From positions 46,629 to 110,628 of IMG/VR virus record IMGVR_UViG_3300003155_000137: DNA of 64,000 nt; one strand, given 5' to 3'. Below the pieces are notes generated by a model. It was not told where the DNA came from, ran no database searches, and saw only the letters and a program-made list of their open reading frames with translations. Positions 49,170 through 59,191 of the stretch are shown here, in pieces. The DNA comes from a virus (lineage: Duplodnaviria > Heunggongvirae > Uroviricota > Caudoviricetes). The position numbers and the translations under genes are program-made. Positions within the stretch are counted from its first letter, which is position 1. Every line of letters begins with the position of its first letter.

Positions 49170-49654
49170 TGGAGGAACGCATCCTCACCATGACCATCCT
49201 CCACGGCCTCCCGGCGAGCGGCAAGAGCACTTGGGCGCGCGACCACGTCGACGACCGCACCATCATCGTGAACGTCGACGGAATCCGCCGCTCGATGACC
49301 GGCACGTTGTCGAGGTGGTACTCCGTCGGGAACCGCAACGAGAGGGAGACGATCGCCATCACGGCCGCCCACACCATCGCCGACACGGCGTTGCGCAATC
49401 ATATCGGCGTCATCATCGACATGCAGAACCTCAACGGCAGGACGGTGGCCCAGTGGACTCGCATCGCCGCAAGACATCACGCCAACGTCACCCTTGTCAT
49501 GTTCGACGCGCCGCTCAATGACATCCTCACGAGGAACGCCGAACGCCCCGAGGATGACCGCGTGCCCGAGGGCTACATCCGTCGTCAGGCGGAGCGGTAC
49601 GGTCTCGGCAGGTCCCTCGTGTGCGGCGAGGTGGTTCGCAGGTTCCCGGCCTAG
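49166..49654 (+). CDS. P-loop kinase resembling the polynucleotide kinase (Pnk) kinase domain
   Basis: ILHGLPASGKSTWARDHV...NVDGIRRSM compared with T4 Pnk IGCPGSGKSTWARE...NRDDYRQSIM. No phosphatase domain is present. Confidence 0.45.
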   Translation: MMEERILTMTILHGLPASGKSTWARDHVDDRTIIVNVDGIRRSMTGTLSRWYSVGNRNERETIAITAAHTIADTALRNHIGVIIDMQNLNGRTVAQWTRIAARHHANVTLVMFDAPLNDILTRNAERPEDDRVPEGYIRRQAERYGLGRSLVCGEVVRRFPA

Positions 49655-49735
49655 ACCCATTCTGCCCATAGGATTCGCGACCCCTCCCATCGGTGGTATC
49701 ATGGTATTTGAACCGACAACCGATGGGAGGGGGCA

Positions 49736-50056
49736 TTGCGATGCCTCCTCGTCAGTGAGAGTGAGGAGAATGCAATGGCTTCGGCTGATTCCTATTTTGA
49801 CATCTTGAATAACATTGTCAATTCCGCTCTGGAATCAATCGGTGATGGAGTTGACATCGAAGAGGCGATTGGCGACGCCATAGATGCCGAGTGCATATGG
49901 GATGCCGACCGGCAGACGGTGGCCGAGAACTTCGGAACCCTCGACATCGACGCCGCATTCAATGACGCATACGAGGACCTCTATAATGAGGCGTACAACA
50001 GGGTCGTCGATGAGATGCCTGAGGATGACGATGATGATGCGGAGGACGAGGAGTGA
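49736..50056 (+). CDS. Small highly acidic protein
   Basis: Ends in DDDDAEDEE. Confidence 0.3.
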   Translation: MRCLLVSESEENAMASADSYFDILNNIVNSALESIGDGVDIEEAIGDAIDAECIWDADRQTVAENFGTLDIDAAFNDAYEDLYNEAYNRVVDEMPEDDDDDAEDEE

Positions 50057-50520
50057 CCTCACTCTCCGACTTCATCCACCCGGCGCTCGCGGACGTGCCG
50101 TCGTACTCGTTCGACTTCGACGTGCCGATAGACCACGTCCGCAACGCCAATGGAATCGGATACGCGAAGACGGCACGTCAGCAGAACTGGTTGAACCGCA
50201 AGCGTAACGAGTCCAAGCAGGCGCTCAAGGCGATGGGGGCGTCCATAGAGTGGGACGGACCTCCGCTTGAGAGATGCATATCGGATGTGCAGGTCGTCAA
50301 CACCACGCATCAGAGGTTCGACCCCGACAACATCCAGCTCACCTACAAGGCCATCCTCGACGGCATGGTGTCCAAGGGCGTGATGGAGGACGACAACTCG
50401 CACATCCTGCTCGGCACCATGTTCCGTGAGTGGGCTGGCCATGAGAGGACCAAGGGCGTCTACCACATGAGGGTCACGCTGTACGACCTTTCGGACGCCC
50501 ATGACGACGACCGGCCATAG
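50053..50520 (+). CDS. rusA: RusA-like Holliday junction resolvase
   Basis: RFDPDNIQLTYKAILDGMVSKGVMEDDNSHI matches the RusA catalytic Asp motifs. Confidence 0.5.
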   Translation: MTSLSDFIHPALADVPSYSFDFDVPIDHVRNANGIGYAKTARQQNWLNRKRNESKQALKAMGASIEWDGPPLERCISDVQVVNTTHQRFDPDNIQLTYKAILDGMVSKGVMEDDNSHILLGTMFREWAGHERTKGVYHMRVTLYDLSDAHDDDRP

Positions 50521-50548
50521 GCTACGATGTAATATCAGGTGATGGCTT

Positions 50549-51139
50549 ATGGCAGAGATCGATTTCTGGGGAGAAACATACGAGGTCCCCGAAGGTCATG
50601 TGTGCGTCCATACCCGAGCGGTATCCGGCGGCGAGGGGGGACTCAACAGGAACTTCGACTACTTCCCGTCGGACGAATTGGAGAAGGCCGCTCCGACCTA
50701 TGACGGGTGCGACCTGGTCTTCGTGGACCATCATTACCAGTTCACCGACGACCTCGATTCATATGATGACGGGATCGACCGCTCAAGGACGAGGGGCTAC
50801 GTCATGGCCCAGCACTACGACCCCGAGACCGACGCCATCTATCTGCTGATGGCGATCGACAAAAGATACCATGAGCTGTCCGACCTCATATTGGATGGTT
50901 CGATAGCATCCGTCTCGATGGGGTGCACATGCAGGACGTACTGCTCGATATGCGGCGGTGAGTTCGACGACGTCAATCCGTGCGAATGCGGGGCGTGCCC
51001 GACGTACATCGGAACCATGCACGGGAGCGACATCGTCTACGACGTGTTGAGGGATATTGAGTTCTACGAGTGCTCAGTCTTGGCGGAGGTCAGTGCCGAT
51101 CCGAAGGCTCTTTTCATAGAGGTCGTGGACTGCGACTGA
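50549..51139 (+). CDS. Hypothetical protein with C-terminal Cys clusters
   Basis: ORF. Confidence 0.3.
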   Translation: MAEIDFWGETYEVPEGHVCVHTRAVSGGEGGLNRNFDYFPSDELEKAAPTYDGCDLVFVDHHYQFTDDLDSYDDGIDRSRTRGYVMAQHYDPETDAIYLLMAIDKRYHELSDLILDGSIASVSMGCTCRTYCSICGGEFDDVNPCECGACPTYIGTMHGSDIVYDVLRDIEFYECSVLAEVSADPKALFIEVVDCD

Positions 51140-51169
51140 CCGAAGGCCAACTGGACGCAATCGATCCAT

Positions 51170-51179
51170 ACTAGAATTG
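51170..51179 (+). promoter_or_regulatory. Motif copy CATACTAGAATTGTATATGG
   Basis: Intergenic, upstream of 51234. Confidence 0.3.
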
Positions 51180-51233
51180 TATATGGGCATCAAAGACATG
51201 CCTCACGGTCATGACGGACGTTCTAGGTGGTGA

Positions 51234-51686
51234 TTGGTTCCGATGGTATACAGCCTGAAGTTCGACACGTCCACCGGCGACTGGGACTTCTCCGACAGGA
51301 GGGGCAGGGTCGTGACCGGGGTGGACAAGCTCAGGCAGATGCTCGCCATGTGGGTATCGGAGACGAAGAACGTCGACCGGTTCCATCAGGGGTACGGCTC
51401 AGAGCTCAACAACATGATCGGCATGCCCCACACGAGGGACATGCAGCAACGCATCGAGAACGAGATACGCACCGTCTGCGACAGGTACATCGAGTACATC
51501 AACCAGGACTTCACACGCAATCCCACGCACTACACGAGGGACGAGATACCGCTTCAGGTGCTGACGATCCAGTCGTGGTGGGAGGACGGCACCCGTTCGT
51601 TCGGCGCATGGGGCGACGCCATCCATGTGACCGTCTACGTCAAGACCATGACCGGTTCGGTCCAGACGCTGGAGGTGACGGCATGA
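51234..51686 (+). CDS. Hypothetical protein
   Basis: Chosen over the overlapping Arg-rich frame. An ACTAGAATTG motif lies upstream. Confidence 0.35.
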   Translation: MVPMVYSLKFDTSTGDWDFSDRRGRVVTGVDKLRQMLAMWVSETKNVDRFHQGYGSELNNMIGMPHTRDMQQRIENEIRTVCDRYIEYINQDFTRNPTHYTRDEIPLQVLTIQSWWEDGTRSFGAWGDAIHVTVYVKTMTGSVQTLEVTA

Positions 51687-52429
51687 CGGTGGTTCGCGTG
51701 TCGCAGAGACACACGCTCAACACGTTCTCCCAGTGGGTTCAGGACGCCAACCAGATAGTCGGCGAGCGCGTCATCGCGTTCGAGATGTGGAACTCGCAGA
51801 ACGCCCCCGCCGACCTGCCGAGGTGCGAGCACTGCTACGACGACGTGTACTCCCAGTCCGACAACACCGGCGGCCAGTGCCCCTACTGCTTCGGCACCAC
51901 CTACAAAGGCGGCATACGGATGGCGCATTTCACATCCGCCATCATAGGCGCTCCCAATACGACATCACTGTATGACAAGAATCTCGCGGAATACGACGCG
52001 GCGCAGTCGACCGCCCAGTTCGCCGCCGACATCCAGCTCCACGACAAGGACTACGTGATGCAGGTCGACGGCTGGGAGGTCACACCGGACGGCGTGAGGC
52101 CGAAGGCCGTGGAGACGTGGCAGGTGCGCGGGTCGTTCAACGACTCGTGGCTCAAGGATGGATTCGACCATCTCGGATCGTCGCACAGGGTCGGCGCGCA
52201 GCTCCCCATAGGTCTCACCGATCAGTCTGATGCGATCAGGAGAGTCGCATTCGATGGACTCGACGCTCGTCTTGTATCGGACGGCCAGCCTTTCGTCGTC
52301 TACGACGCCAACGTCCCCATCTTCGACTGGGCGGAGAGGAACGGCCACAGGATCAGATACGTGTGGGAGGTGGCGGAGATAACCGTCGGGGACTACGCCA
52401 ACTACAGGGTCGGATTCTTCGAGTATTAG
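51683..52429 (+). CDS. Hypothetical protein (the real part of the 51227 ORF, from MTVVRVSQ)
   Basis: ATGA overlap with the upstream stop; composition is normal from this point. Confidence 0.35.
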   Translation: MTVVRVSQRHTLNTFSQWVQDANQIVGERVIAFEMWNSQNAPADLPRCEHCYDDVYSQSDNTGGQCPYCFGTTYKGGIRMAHFTSAIIGAPNTTSLYDKNLAEYDAAQSTAQFAADIQLHDKDYVMQVDGWEVTPDGVRPKAVETWQVRGSFNDSWLKDGFDHLGSSHRVGAQLPIGLTDQSDAIRRVAFDGLDARLVSDGQPFVVYDANVPIFDWAERNGHRIRYVWEVAEITVGDYANYRVGFFEY

Positions 52430-52542
52430 GGTACGACCTCGCTGTTTCGTGCTCCGCCCTTCAGGACGGGGAGGATGTCAAGTGGAATGCATATTGCTCG
52501 TCCGATGACCTTCTGAGCGCCGTACCCGGCCATGCCCGGAAA

Positions 52543-52552
52543 ACTAGAATTG
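52543..52552 (+). promoter_or_regulatory. Motif copy AAACTAGAATTGAATGTACGG, followed by a GGGGCGGG...CCCCGCCC hairpin
   Basis: Upstream of the endolysin gene. Confidence 0.3.
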
Positions 52553-52611
52553 AATGTACGGGGCGGGACGCTCTGGACTCCCCGCCCTTCATTCTTTCAT
52601 GAAAGGTATGG

Positions 52612-53889
52612 ATGGGAATCATGACAATGCAGGGAATTGACATATCGAGCTGGCAGGCTGGGATCAACCTGTCTGTGGTCCCCTGTGACTTCGCAATCGT
52701 GAAGGCGACGCAGGGCACCAACTACACCAATCCTGACTGCGTTCGTGCAGTGGAGCAGTGTCTCTCGCTGAACAAGCCGTTCGGCGTCTACCATTACGTG
52801 TCCGGCGGCAACGCAGTCGCTGAGGCGAACTTCTTCGTCGACTCCATACTCAACTGGGTCGGCAAGGGCATCCTCGTCGTGGACTGGGAGAGCAACCAGA
52901 ACTCCGCGTGGGGCAACACCGGCTATCTTGACACCCTGGTCAAGCAGATCATCAAGAGAACCGGCGTCAAGCCGTGGATCTATGCGTCATCTGCTGTGTT
53001 CCCTTGGATGGTCGCCAGGAACAACGACTGCGGTACATGGGTGGCCCAGTACGCCTCGATGAACGCCACCGGCTATCAGGACACCCCGTGGAACGAGGGG
53101 GCATATGCATGCACTTGCCGCCAGTATTCCTCGAACGGTCGTCTGAACGGATGGAACGGCGGTCTGGATATCAACAAGTTCTATGGCGATGTCAACGCAT
53201 GGAACGCCTATGCCGGCAATGGCGCTACAGCCGACCCGAAGCCGTCCGCCCCGTCCGATCCACTTGCGGGATACACGGACGAGCAGCTTGCGGATGCTGT
53301 GCTTCGTGGCGAATACGGCGACGATCCCCAGAGGAAGGCCGCTCTCGGCTCCCGCTACGACGCCGTTCAGGCCATCGTGAACCAGCGCCTCGGCGTGGCC
53401 CAGTCCACCAACTCCGGCGGCATCAAGTACACGGTCAAGTCCGGCGACACCCTGTCCGCCATTGCTTCTCGCTTCGGCGTCTCGGTCAACGACATCACTG
53501 GCTACTCCTCCGGCAATCCGAACCTGATCTACCAGGGCGAGGTCTTGACCATCGGTGGCGGTGCCAAGGCTCCGGCCACCACCACGAAGACCTACACCGT
53601 GCAGTCCGGCGACACCCTCTCCGGCATCGCGGCTAAGTTCGGTGTCTCGACATCTCAGATTTCTGGATATCGTTCGGGCAATCCGAACGTCATCTACCCC
53701 GGAGAGGTTCTGACCATCGGAGGCGGTTCGTCGGCACCCGCGCAGACCACTCGCACCTACACGGTGAAGGCCGGAGACAACCTCTCCACCATCGCCCAGA
53801 GGCTCGGGACCACGGTGAATGCCCTGGTGTCCAGGAACGGAATCGCCAACCCGAACCTCATCTATCCGGGTCAGGTACTCAAGTACTGA
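52612..53889 (+). CDS. Endolysin: GH25 muramidase with three C-terminal LysM repeats
   Basis: GH25 motifs QGIDISSWQ...[12 protein letters not shown]...YHYV are present, followed by three YTV(K/Q)(S/A)GD(T/N)LS.IA repeats. Confidence 0.85.
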   Translation: MGIMTMQGIDISSWQAGINLSVVPCDFAIVKATQGTNYTNPDCVRAVEQCLSLNKPFGVYHYVSGGNAVAEANFFVDSILNWVGKGILVVDWESNQNSAWGNTGYLDTLVKQIIKRTGVKPWIYASSAVFPWMVARNNDCGTWVAQYASMNATGYQDTPWNEGAYACTCRQYSSNGRLNGWNGGLDINKFYGDVNAWNAYAGNGATADPKPSAPSDPLAGYTDEQLADAVLRGEYGDDPQRKAALGSRYDAVQAIVNQRLGVAQSTNSGGIKYTVKSGDTLSAIASRFGVSVNDITGYSSGNPNLIYQGEVLTIGGGAKAPATTTKTYTVQSGDTLSGIAAKFGVSTSQISGYRSGNPNVIYPGEVLTIGGGSSAPAQTTRTYTVKAGDNLSTIAQRLGTTVNALVSRNGIANPNLIYPGQVLKY

Positions 53890-53910
53890 CCCTCTGCGGA
53901 TGACAGGAAG

Positions 53911-53979
53911 GCCCCTCTGGCGGACTTTCGTGGCGACTACGGTAGCTGGTACCCATACGCCGTGAAAGCGCTCCAGAGG
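53911..53979. terminator. Bidirectional terminator-like inverted repeat between the convergent endolysin and reverse-strand genes
   Basis: GGCCCCTCTGG ... CCAGAGGGGCC. Confidence 0.3.
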
Positions 53980-54029
53980 GGCCTCCAATTGATTCTCAGG
54001 TCAGTTGCAGTCGAATCGGGGCCTCGGAC

Positions 54030-54929
54030 TCACATGGCCGTGATGGGGAACTCCTCGGGGCCGAACTCGCTAAGGATGTCGTTCCAGCGGAAGTACGCCT
54101 TACCGTTGATCCTGCCGCCTCCGGGCAGGGACCAGTCGCCGTCCGAGTCCAGATAGAGGCGGGTCCCGGTGGCCGTCTGGTAATCGGTGCACATCTCAGT
54201 CGGCTGCATGAAATCGCTCGGCTTGTGCCCGTCGGGGGCATTGTTCAGGCGCAGGATGACGAACCAGTCCATGCCGCCGCCATCGGTGCCGTCGATGCTC
54301 CTGATGACCCACCTGTCCGAGATCACGCCGACACGACCCTGAATGAGATCGCCCTCCAGAACCACGAGCCGGCCGTCCTCCTCCGAGATGACGCCGGCGG
54401 AGACGGCGGGGCCGCCACTACGCTTCCACACGGCGATGTCGCCCGGCTCGGCCTCGGCGAGCGTCACCATGCGGATGGGGGCCGGACGATTGGTCTTGGC
54501 GGATGAGCCGTTGGAGGATGTGATCCTGCGGATGACGCGCCACGGGTTCTCCAGCTTATGGTTGCGGTTGGTCCTGGTTTTGCGGTTCCATGCATAGCCG
54601 ATGCCCTGGGCGTAGATGTCGCCGTCGGAGTCGATGGAGCGGATGCGGTAGAGATCGTATCCGCCATCGGAGTTGCCGACCTGGAAGTAGTCGTCAACGG
54701 TGGCCAGCATCGGGTCGATCTCCTCGTAGCCGTCCGGAACCGGGACGGTCACCACAAGGCTCTTGGCGATCTCGGAGATGGCGGAGCGGATGTCGCCCTC
54801 GCCGTCCTTGATGCGGATGAGCAAACCGTCATCAGCCGCCGCATTGATCTCGACACCGTGTCCCTTGGGCCTGATGATGGCGTCGCCATCGTCGAAGGAG
54901 ATGGTGTTGTTCTTGTCTGTCATTTTCAT
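54030..54929 (-). CDS. Hypothetical protein, the only substantial reverse-strand gene in the window
   Basis: A clean 299-aa ORF convergent with the endolysin and with a normal composition. Confidence 0.5.
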   Translation of the reverse strand: MKMTDKNNTISFDDGDAIIRPKGHGVEINAAADDGLLIRIKDGEGDIRSAISEIAKSLVVTVPVPDGYEEIDPMLATVDDYFQVGNSDGGYDLYRIRSIDSDGDIYAQGIGYAWNRKTRTNRNHKLENPWRVIRRITSSNGSSAKTNRPAPIRMVTLAEAEPGDIAVWKRSGGPAVSAGVISEEDGRLVVLEGDLIQGRVGVISDRWVIRSIDGTDGGGMDWFVILRLNNAPDGHKPSDFMQPTEMCTDYQTATGTRLYLDSDGDWSLPGGGRINGKAYFRWNDILSEFGPEEFPITAM

Positions 54930-55129
54930 TTTCCTTTTCTGCCCATGTGTCCCTGCCGGATTCGGTTGCGAACCCGACGCCTTCGATTATGCCCCGATCC
55001 GCCGCATACGCAAAATCCACGGCGAGTCGCGGGCGTTTCCAACGAAACGCCGCCGACTTTACATGTCCATACCGTTTTGGTACAATATGAACTGTAATCG
55101 GAAACGGGACAACGGACACACTCCGGTAG

Positions 55130-55137
55130 TAGAATTG
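55130..55137 (+). promoter_or_regulatory. Motif copy GTAGAATTGACTGGTGTATGGGG
   Basis: Upstream of 55236; it shares the extended GGTGTATG tail with the 42163 copy. Confidence 0.3.
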
Positions 55138-55235
55138 ACTGGTGTATGGGGCCGTGGCCCCAGGACATGGAACAACGAGATGGGACAGGGTGCCCCCCCC
55201 CATCGGACTACTCGGCTGGAAGGCTGGTTTGAATC

Positions 55236-55868
55236 ATGGGCGAGAATCTCACCAACGACGCGCTCAGGCTGCTTTGGGACGTCATCCGTGACGCCGACGT
55301 GGCTTTGGACAACGTGACGGTCGACGTGTACGACCGCGACACGGGTACGGACGGCTTCTACGGGTTCGGCGACGACATGCCGGAGGACGACGCCGTGACC
55401 CTCGACGTCCCCTACGACGAGCTCAAGGCCGTCGTCTCGCTTGACGCGGACGCCGACTACGGCCTGATGCCCGAGACCGCCACCGTCGATGTGGAGCTCC
55501 CTGCGGTCGACATCACCTACGGCGACCCAGACCGGACCCTCAAGGCAGTCGGACGCATCCTGGACCAGGACTGGATGTACGACTCCGCCAATGTCAGAAT
55601 CTACATCTACGACCAGGACTCGGGCCGCGACGCCTACTTCGACTACGGCGAGACGATCGTCGACAGCGACGTCATGGAGCTGTACGACTGGGCCGAGGAC
55701 GAGGACGGCGACGAGGACAGGTTCAAGGTGGTCACGGCCAACGGCGATGTGACCGTGGACTACGGCGATGCGGAGGATGCGCTCCAGCGCGTCGTGAACC
55801 TCGACGACTACGAGCTGCCCGGCAACATGCTGGTGTCCGTCGACCTCGGACGCATCACCGTGATGTGA
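55236..55868 (+). CDS. Hyper-acidic protein with internal repeats (VDVYDRDTGTDGFYGFGDD / IYIYDQDSGRDAYFDYGET)
   Basis: It is preceded by the TAGAATTG motif and a C9-C10 tract. Confidence 0.4.
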   Translation: MGENLTNDALRLLWDVIRDADVALDNVTVDVYDRDTGTDGFYGFGDDMPEDDAVTLDVPYDELKAVVSLDADADYGLMPETATVDVELPAVDITYGDPDRTLKAVGRILDQDWMYDSANVRIYIYDQDSGRDAYFDYGETIVDSDVMELYDWAEDEDGDEDRFKVVTANGDVTVDYGDAEDALQRVVNLDDYELPGNMLVSVDLGRITVM

Positions 55869-56074
55869 GAGACCACCCGCAAGGAAAGGAATCGATTATG
55901 AAGGCAACCAACATCGACACGGACGAGGTGGTGGACGTCGTTCCGTTCGGCCTGCTCTCGCCGGACCTGTCCAGCCTCTACATGGTGGACGCCAACACCG
56001 GCTACCCGATGGAGGAGCTGTAGTCCAAGCCACAGGCTTCGCTCCGCACTCGCGGAGGTAATCCATCCAATCGA

Positions 56075-56278
56075 ATGAAAGGAAGCGACTCCGACATGTA
56101 CGGACAGGAAGCCAAGGAGATGCTGATCGACTACATCAGGAACTCGGGGTTTGACCCTGACGACTGGGACATCGATCAGGCAACCGACATGATTATGGAC
56201 AGGTGCGGCGACATGCGTCCCGAGGATGTTCCGGAGGACATCGTGGCCGATGTGCTGATGGCGACCGACCTGTCCTGA
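56075..56278 (+). CDS. Small acidic protein
   Basis: ORF. Confidence 0.25.
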   Translation: MKGSDSDMYGQEAKEMLIDYIRNSGFDPDDWDIDQATDMIMDRCGDMRPEDVPEDIVADVLMATDLS

Positions 56279-56303
56279 GCGACGAGGGTTCGAGGAGAAG
56301 GAT

Positions 56304-56411
56304 ATGGCCGTAGGCGATCCGTGGAGCAACAGCGGAGCGAGGAGCGGTGCGATGCAGGTGTTCCACGAATCGCCTACTGCCATGTCATACGCGATTCCCA
56401 ATGTCGGTTAG
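56304..56411 (+). CDS. Small ORF (35 aa), paralogue A of a duplicated ~75-nt segment
   Basis: MAVGDPWSNSGARSGAMQVF... Confidence 0.25.
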   Translation: MAVGDPWSNSGARSGAMQVFHESPTAMSYAIPNVG

Positions 56412-56573
56412 CTGATAATTGAGCTTATCGGATTCCCACATGCTATCGCGGAGTCAATGTCCTTTTCGGTTAACATGATGTAATCCATCTTATGAGAAAA
56501 GCAGAACCATTCTGCACGCCTTGCCGCAGATGTCACACAACAGATTGTCCTCAATGTCATCAGTCATGAACGC

Positions 56574-56583
56574 CACTATAATT
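56574..56583 (+). promoter_or_regulatory. Motif copy CCACTATAATTGATGGTGCGTACATG
   Basis: A TATAAT variant, about 27-nt similar to the 42163 copy. Confidence 0.3.
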
Positions 56584-56651
56584 GATGGTGCGTACATGAT
56601 TCACTGTCTGCTCGTCGCAGATCACTCGTCCTTTAGGGGGTGATGCACAGA

Positions 56652-56774
56652 ATGGCCATAGGCGACCCTTGGAACAACAACGGAACGAAGAACGGTGCGA
56701 TGCAGGTGTTCATACCTTCGTCGGCACCCATCATCTCGTCCATATCGATAGACTCGCTCATGAGCCATTTCTAG
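56652..56774 (+). CDS. Small ORF (40 aa), paralogue B
   Basis: MAIGDPWNNNGTKNGAMQVF...; about 85% nucleotide identity to 56304-56380. Confidence 0.25.
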   Translation: MAIGDPWNNNGTKNGAMQVFIPSSAPIISSISIDSLMSHF

Positions 56775-56837
56775 CCGCCGTTCGACGACCTCGTATTCGA
56801 CAAGTCGGACTCGTCGCATATCAGGCATCTCGTCGAA

Positions 56838-58055
56838 GTGCTGTGCGGCGAGTCCGGCATCGGACAGATACTCGCATGGTCGGTCAGGGACTGGCTCAAC
56901 GGCGGCGTCTACACTGCATGGCTCGGATTCGTGGACAGGCTCTTCGCCAGCATCTACGGACTCCCGAGGATATACGAGGAGACCACGAAGTTCAACCCAT
57001 CCGACGGTGCCCTCACCATCGAGGAGGTGAACGAGGCCCTCGTCAAGGAGAGTTGGTACAAGGAGCGGTTCGTCCTGCTCATGAAGGCCCTGTGCTCCGG
57101 AGGAACGGTGAGAGGGTTCAGGTTCGCGTGCCAGTCCATCTGCTTCTGCGACTGCGACATCTACGAGACGTGGAGATACAAGAAGCAGGACTTCCAGGTC
57201 GGAAGGATGGGCTACACCCTCTACAACGAGGTCGTGATATGCCCGTACTCCAAGGGCGTGACGGAGCGGCAGAAGGAGCTTCTGCTCAGGGTGCTCGACA
57301 GGCTCAAGCCGGCCGACGTCATCGTCACCATCGACATGAACGGCCTTGAGGCGTTCACCCACAGGTCGATGAGGGCCGTCACCGCCTCGTCCACATACTT
57401 CGAGATACAGCGCACCGTCATGAACACGGTGGACAACTCCAAGCTCCCTCCGGCCTCGGAGATATTCACGGACGGTCAGGCATACGGGTATGACGCCTAC
57501 CTCCGGCTCGACACGGGCGAGACGACCGAGGTCAGGAAGGCGATCCAGAACAGGACGCAGGAGTACACCGAGTACTACGTGTCCGACAAGAGCTCCACCG
57601 CGCAGGTCGCCGACGTGACGTACACCATAGAGAACGCCAACGACGAGGTCGTTTCCGAGGAGGACTGGACTGAGCGCGAGTCCACGGTGAGATGGAGCTC
57701 GTGGGTGAGGTTCACCATCGTAGACGCCCCCGACAACTATCCCGGAGGGAAGTACGGCAGGACGCCGATGCGCGCCCCTGCGGTGAACCGCGACGGAACG
57801 GACTACATCTTCCCATACGAGTCGCAGGATGCGTATGAGAGGATGAAGGGGGCGCAGGTCATAGCGGACGGCGGAGAGGTCATGGGACACCATTACAGGG
57901 TCAGGCTGTCGGTGTCGACCACGACGACGCGGTACACCCCGGACATGTCGTTGGTCACGGTGAACGACGCATCGAACAACATGCAGGTGCTCCCGGAGGT
58001 CGAACCGAAGGAATTAAACGCATACAGCCGCGTCACGCTTCGGAACATGCAGTAG
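56838..58055 (+). CDS. Hypothetical protein, 405 aa (GTG start)
   Basis: 405-aa ORF in the late region; no motif-based assignment. Confidence 0.3.
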   Translation: MLCGESGIGQILAWSVRDWLNGGVYTAWLGFVDRLFASIYGLPRIYEETTKFNPSDGALTIEEVNEALVKESWYKERFVLLMKALCSGGTVRGFRFACQSICFCDCDIYETWRYKKQDFQVGRMGYTLYNEVVICPYSKGVTERQKELLLRVLDRLKPADVIVTIDMNGLEAFTHRSMRAVTASSTYFEIQRTVMNTVDNSKLPPASEIFTDGQAYGYDAYLRLDTGETTEVRKAIQNRTQEYTEYYVSDKSSTAQVADVTYTIENANDEVVSEEDWTERESTVRWSSWVRFTIVDAPDNYPGGKYGRTPMRAPAVNRDGTDYIFPYESQDAYERMKGAQVIADGGEVMGHHYRVRLSVSTTTTRYTPDMSLVTVNDASNNMQVLPEVEPKELNAYSRVTLRNMQ

Positions 58056-58118
58056 AATCGTTTATGTAACGAAAATCGGAAACGCCTCCATCCCCCGCTC
58101 CCCACGGGGGGGGCTGGA

Positions 58119-58427
58119 ATGGAGGTAATGGTGGCAAAATTCACCGTTGAGACACAGGATGATTTCGTTGACGGCATTCTCGACGACACCATCGTCGATG
58201 CGCTCGACATGTACCACGAGAGACTTGAGGACGGCGGCGACCCCGACGACATCATGTACGACGCCGTCGCCGACGCCATCGATGACAAGTTCATCTATTG
58301 GCAGGACATGGCTTCGGCCGTCATCGAGTACGGCAAGATCAGTGATGCGTTCCAGATGGTCTACGAGGACCTTTTCGCCGACGTCATGAACGGCCTGACC
58401 GAGCGTGCCGATGAAAACGCCGGCTAA
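58119..58427 (+). CDS. Hyper-acidic small protein
   Basis: It is preceded by a GC hairpin with a G8 tract. Confidence 0.35.
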   Translation: MEVMVAKFTVETQDDFVDGILDDTIVDALDMYHERLEDGGDPDDIMYDAVADAIDDKFIYWQDMASAVIEYGKISDAFQMVYEDLFADVMNGLTERADENAG

Positions 58428-58479
58428 TTGGGCGTTCGATGCCACCGATGACGGCGAGGACTGGTGACCACGTCGGCGT

Positions 58480-58489
58480 GCTAGAATAT
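58480..58489 (+). promoter_or_regulatory. Motif variant GTGCTAGAATATACTCC
   Basis: Upstream of 58584. Confidence 0.25.
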
Positions 58490-58583
58490 ACTCCGTAGGC
58501 AATATGCAACACACATGCCTCCGTTTTCCTCCGTGAGTGGACGACTCACGGGGGGGGGGCAGGACGGAAAGCGGAGGTATGAT

Positions 58584-59057
58584 ATGGCACGACGCATCGC
58601 CAGAGGCAACGGCGACAGGTTCGGCTTCGTCGACTGGTATTCGTCGGTCGAGGTGGCGGACGATGCGAGAGTCGAGGGCATGGAGGTCGACGGCATCCTC
58701 ATCGAGCTCGTCCGGCCCGACCCCGACATCTTCGGCGGGTTCGATCCCGAATACGAGGCCGAGGAGGGCTACGACTTCTACGAGATGGTTGTGTCAGCTC
58801 CCTACACCTACAACGGCTGGGACATCGCCCGGAAGGTCAACTCCATTGACGGGGTCATCGCGGAAAGCGAGTTCGAGTCGGTGAACTGGGCCAGCGACGA
58901 CGAGGGCGCGTACATCCACGTCGTGGTCTCCAACGGAAGCGACTTCACCGGCACAGAGGACGAAGTCGACGCCGACATGAAGGACGACGGCTTCACCGAC
59001 GACGACATCGTGTCCATCAACGGGGCTCCGTGGCCGTTCGACGGATACCGTCGTTGA
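58584..59057 (+). CDS. Hyper-acidic protein (start at MARRIARG; the upstream part of the 58515 ORF is leader)
   Basis: The RBS GGAGG and a hairpin with a G10 tract lie upstream. Confidence 0.35.
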   Translation: MARRIARGNGDRFGFVDWYSSVEVADDARVEGMEVDGILIELVRPDPDIFGGFDPEYEAEEGYDFYEMVVSAPYTYNGWDIARKVNSIDGVIAESEFESVNWASDDEGAYIHVVVSNGSDFTGTEDEVDADMKDDGFTDDDIVSINGAPWPFDGYRR

Positions 59058-59191
59058 CCACGCCGGTGCCGGTCGTGGAGCGGAAACCGTGGTAAACTGT
59101 TCCATGATGGAGAAAATCACTTGAGACATGCGGCCTCCGCCCCGGCTCTCTCCATTCGACGGGGGGAGGCATGGGCGGAGGCTAATGCATC

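Noticed and set aside
51227-51700. The 5' part of the 51227-52429 ORF.
   Set aside because: It is an Arg-rich nonsense reading (RHVHRRLGLLRQEGQGRDRGG...) that overlaps the plausible 51234-51686 gene. Real coding starts at the ATG at 51683.
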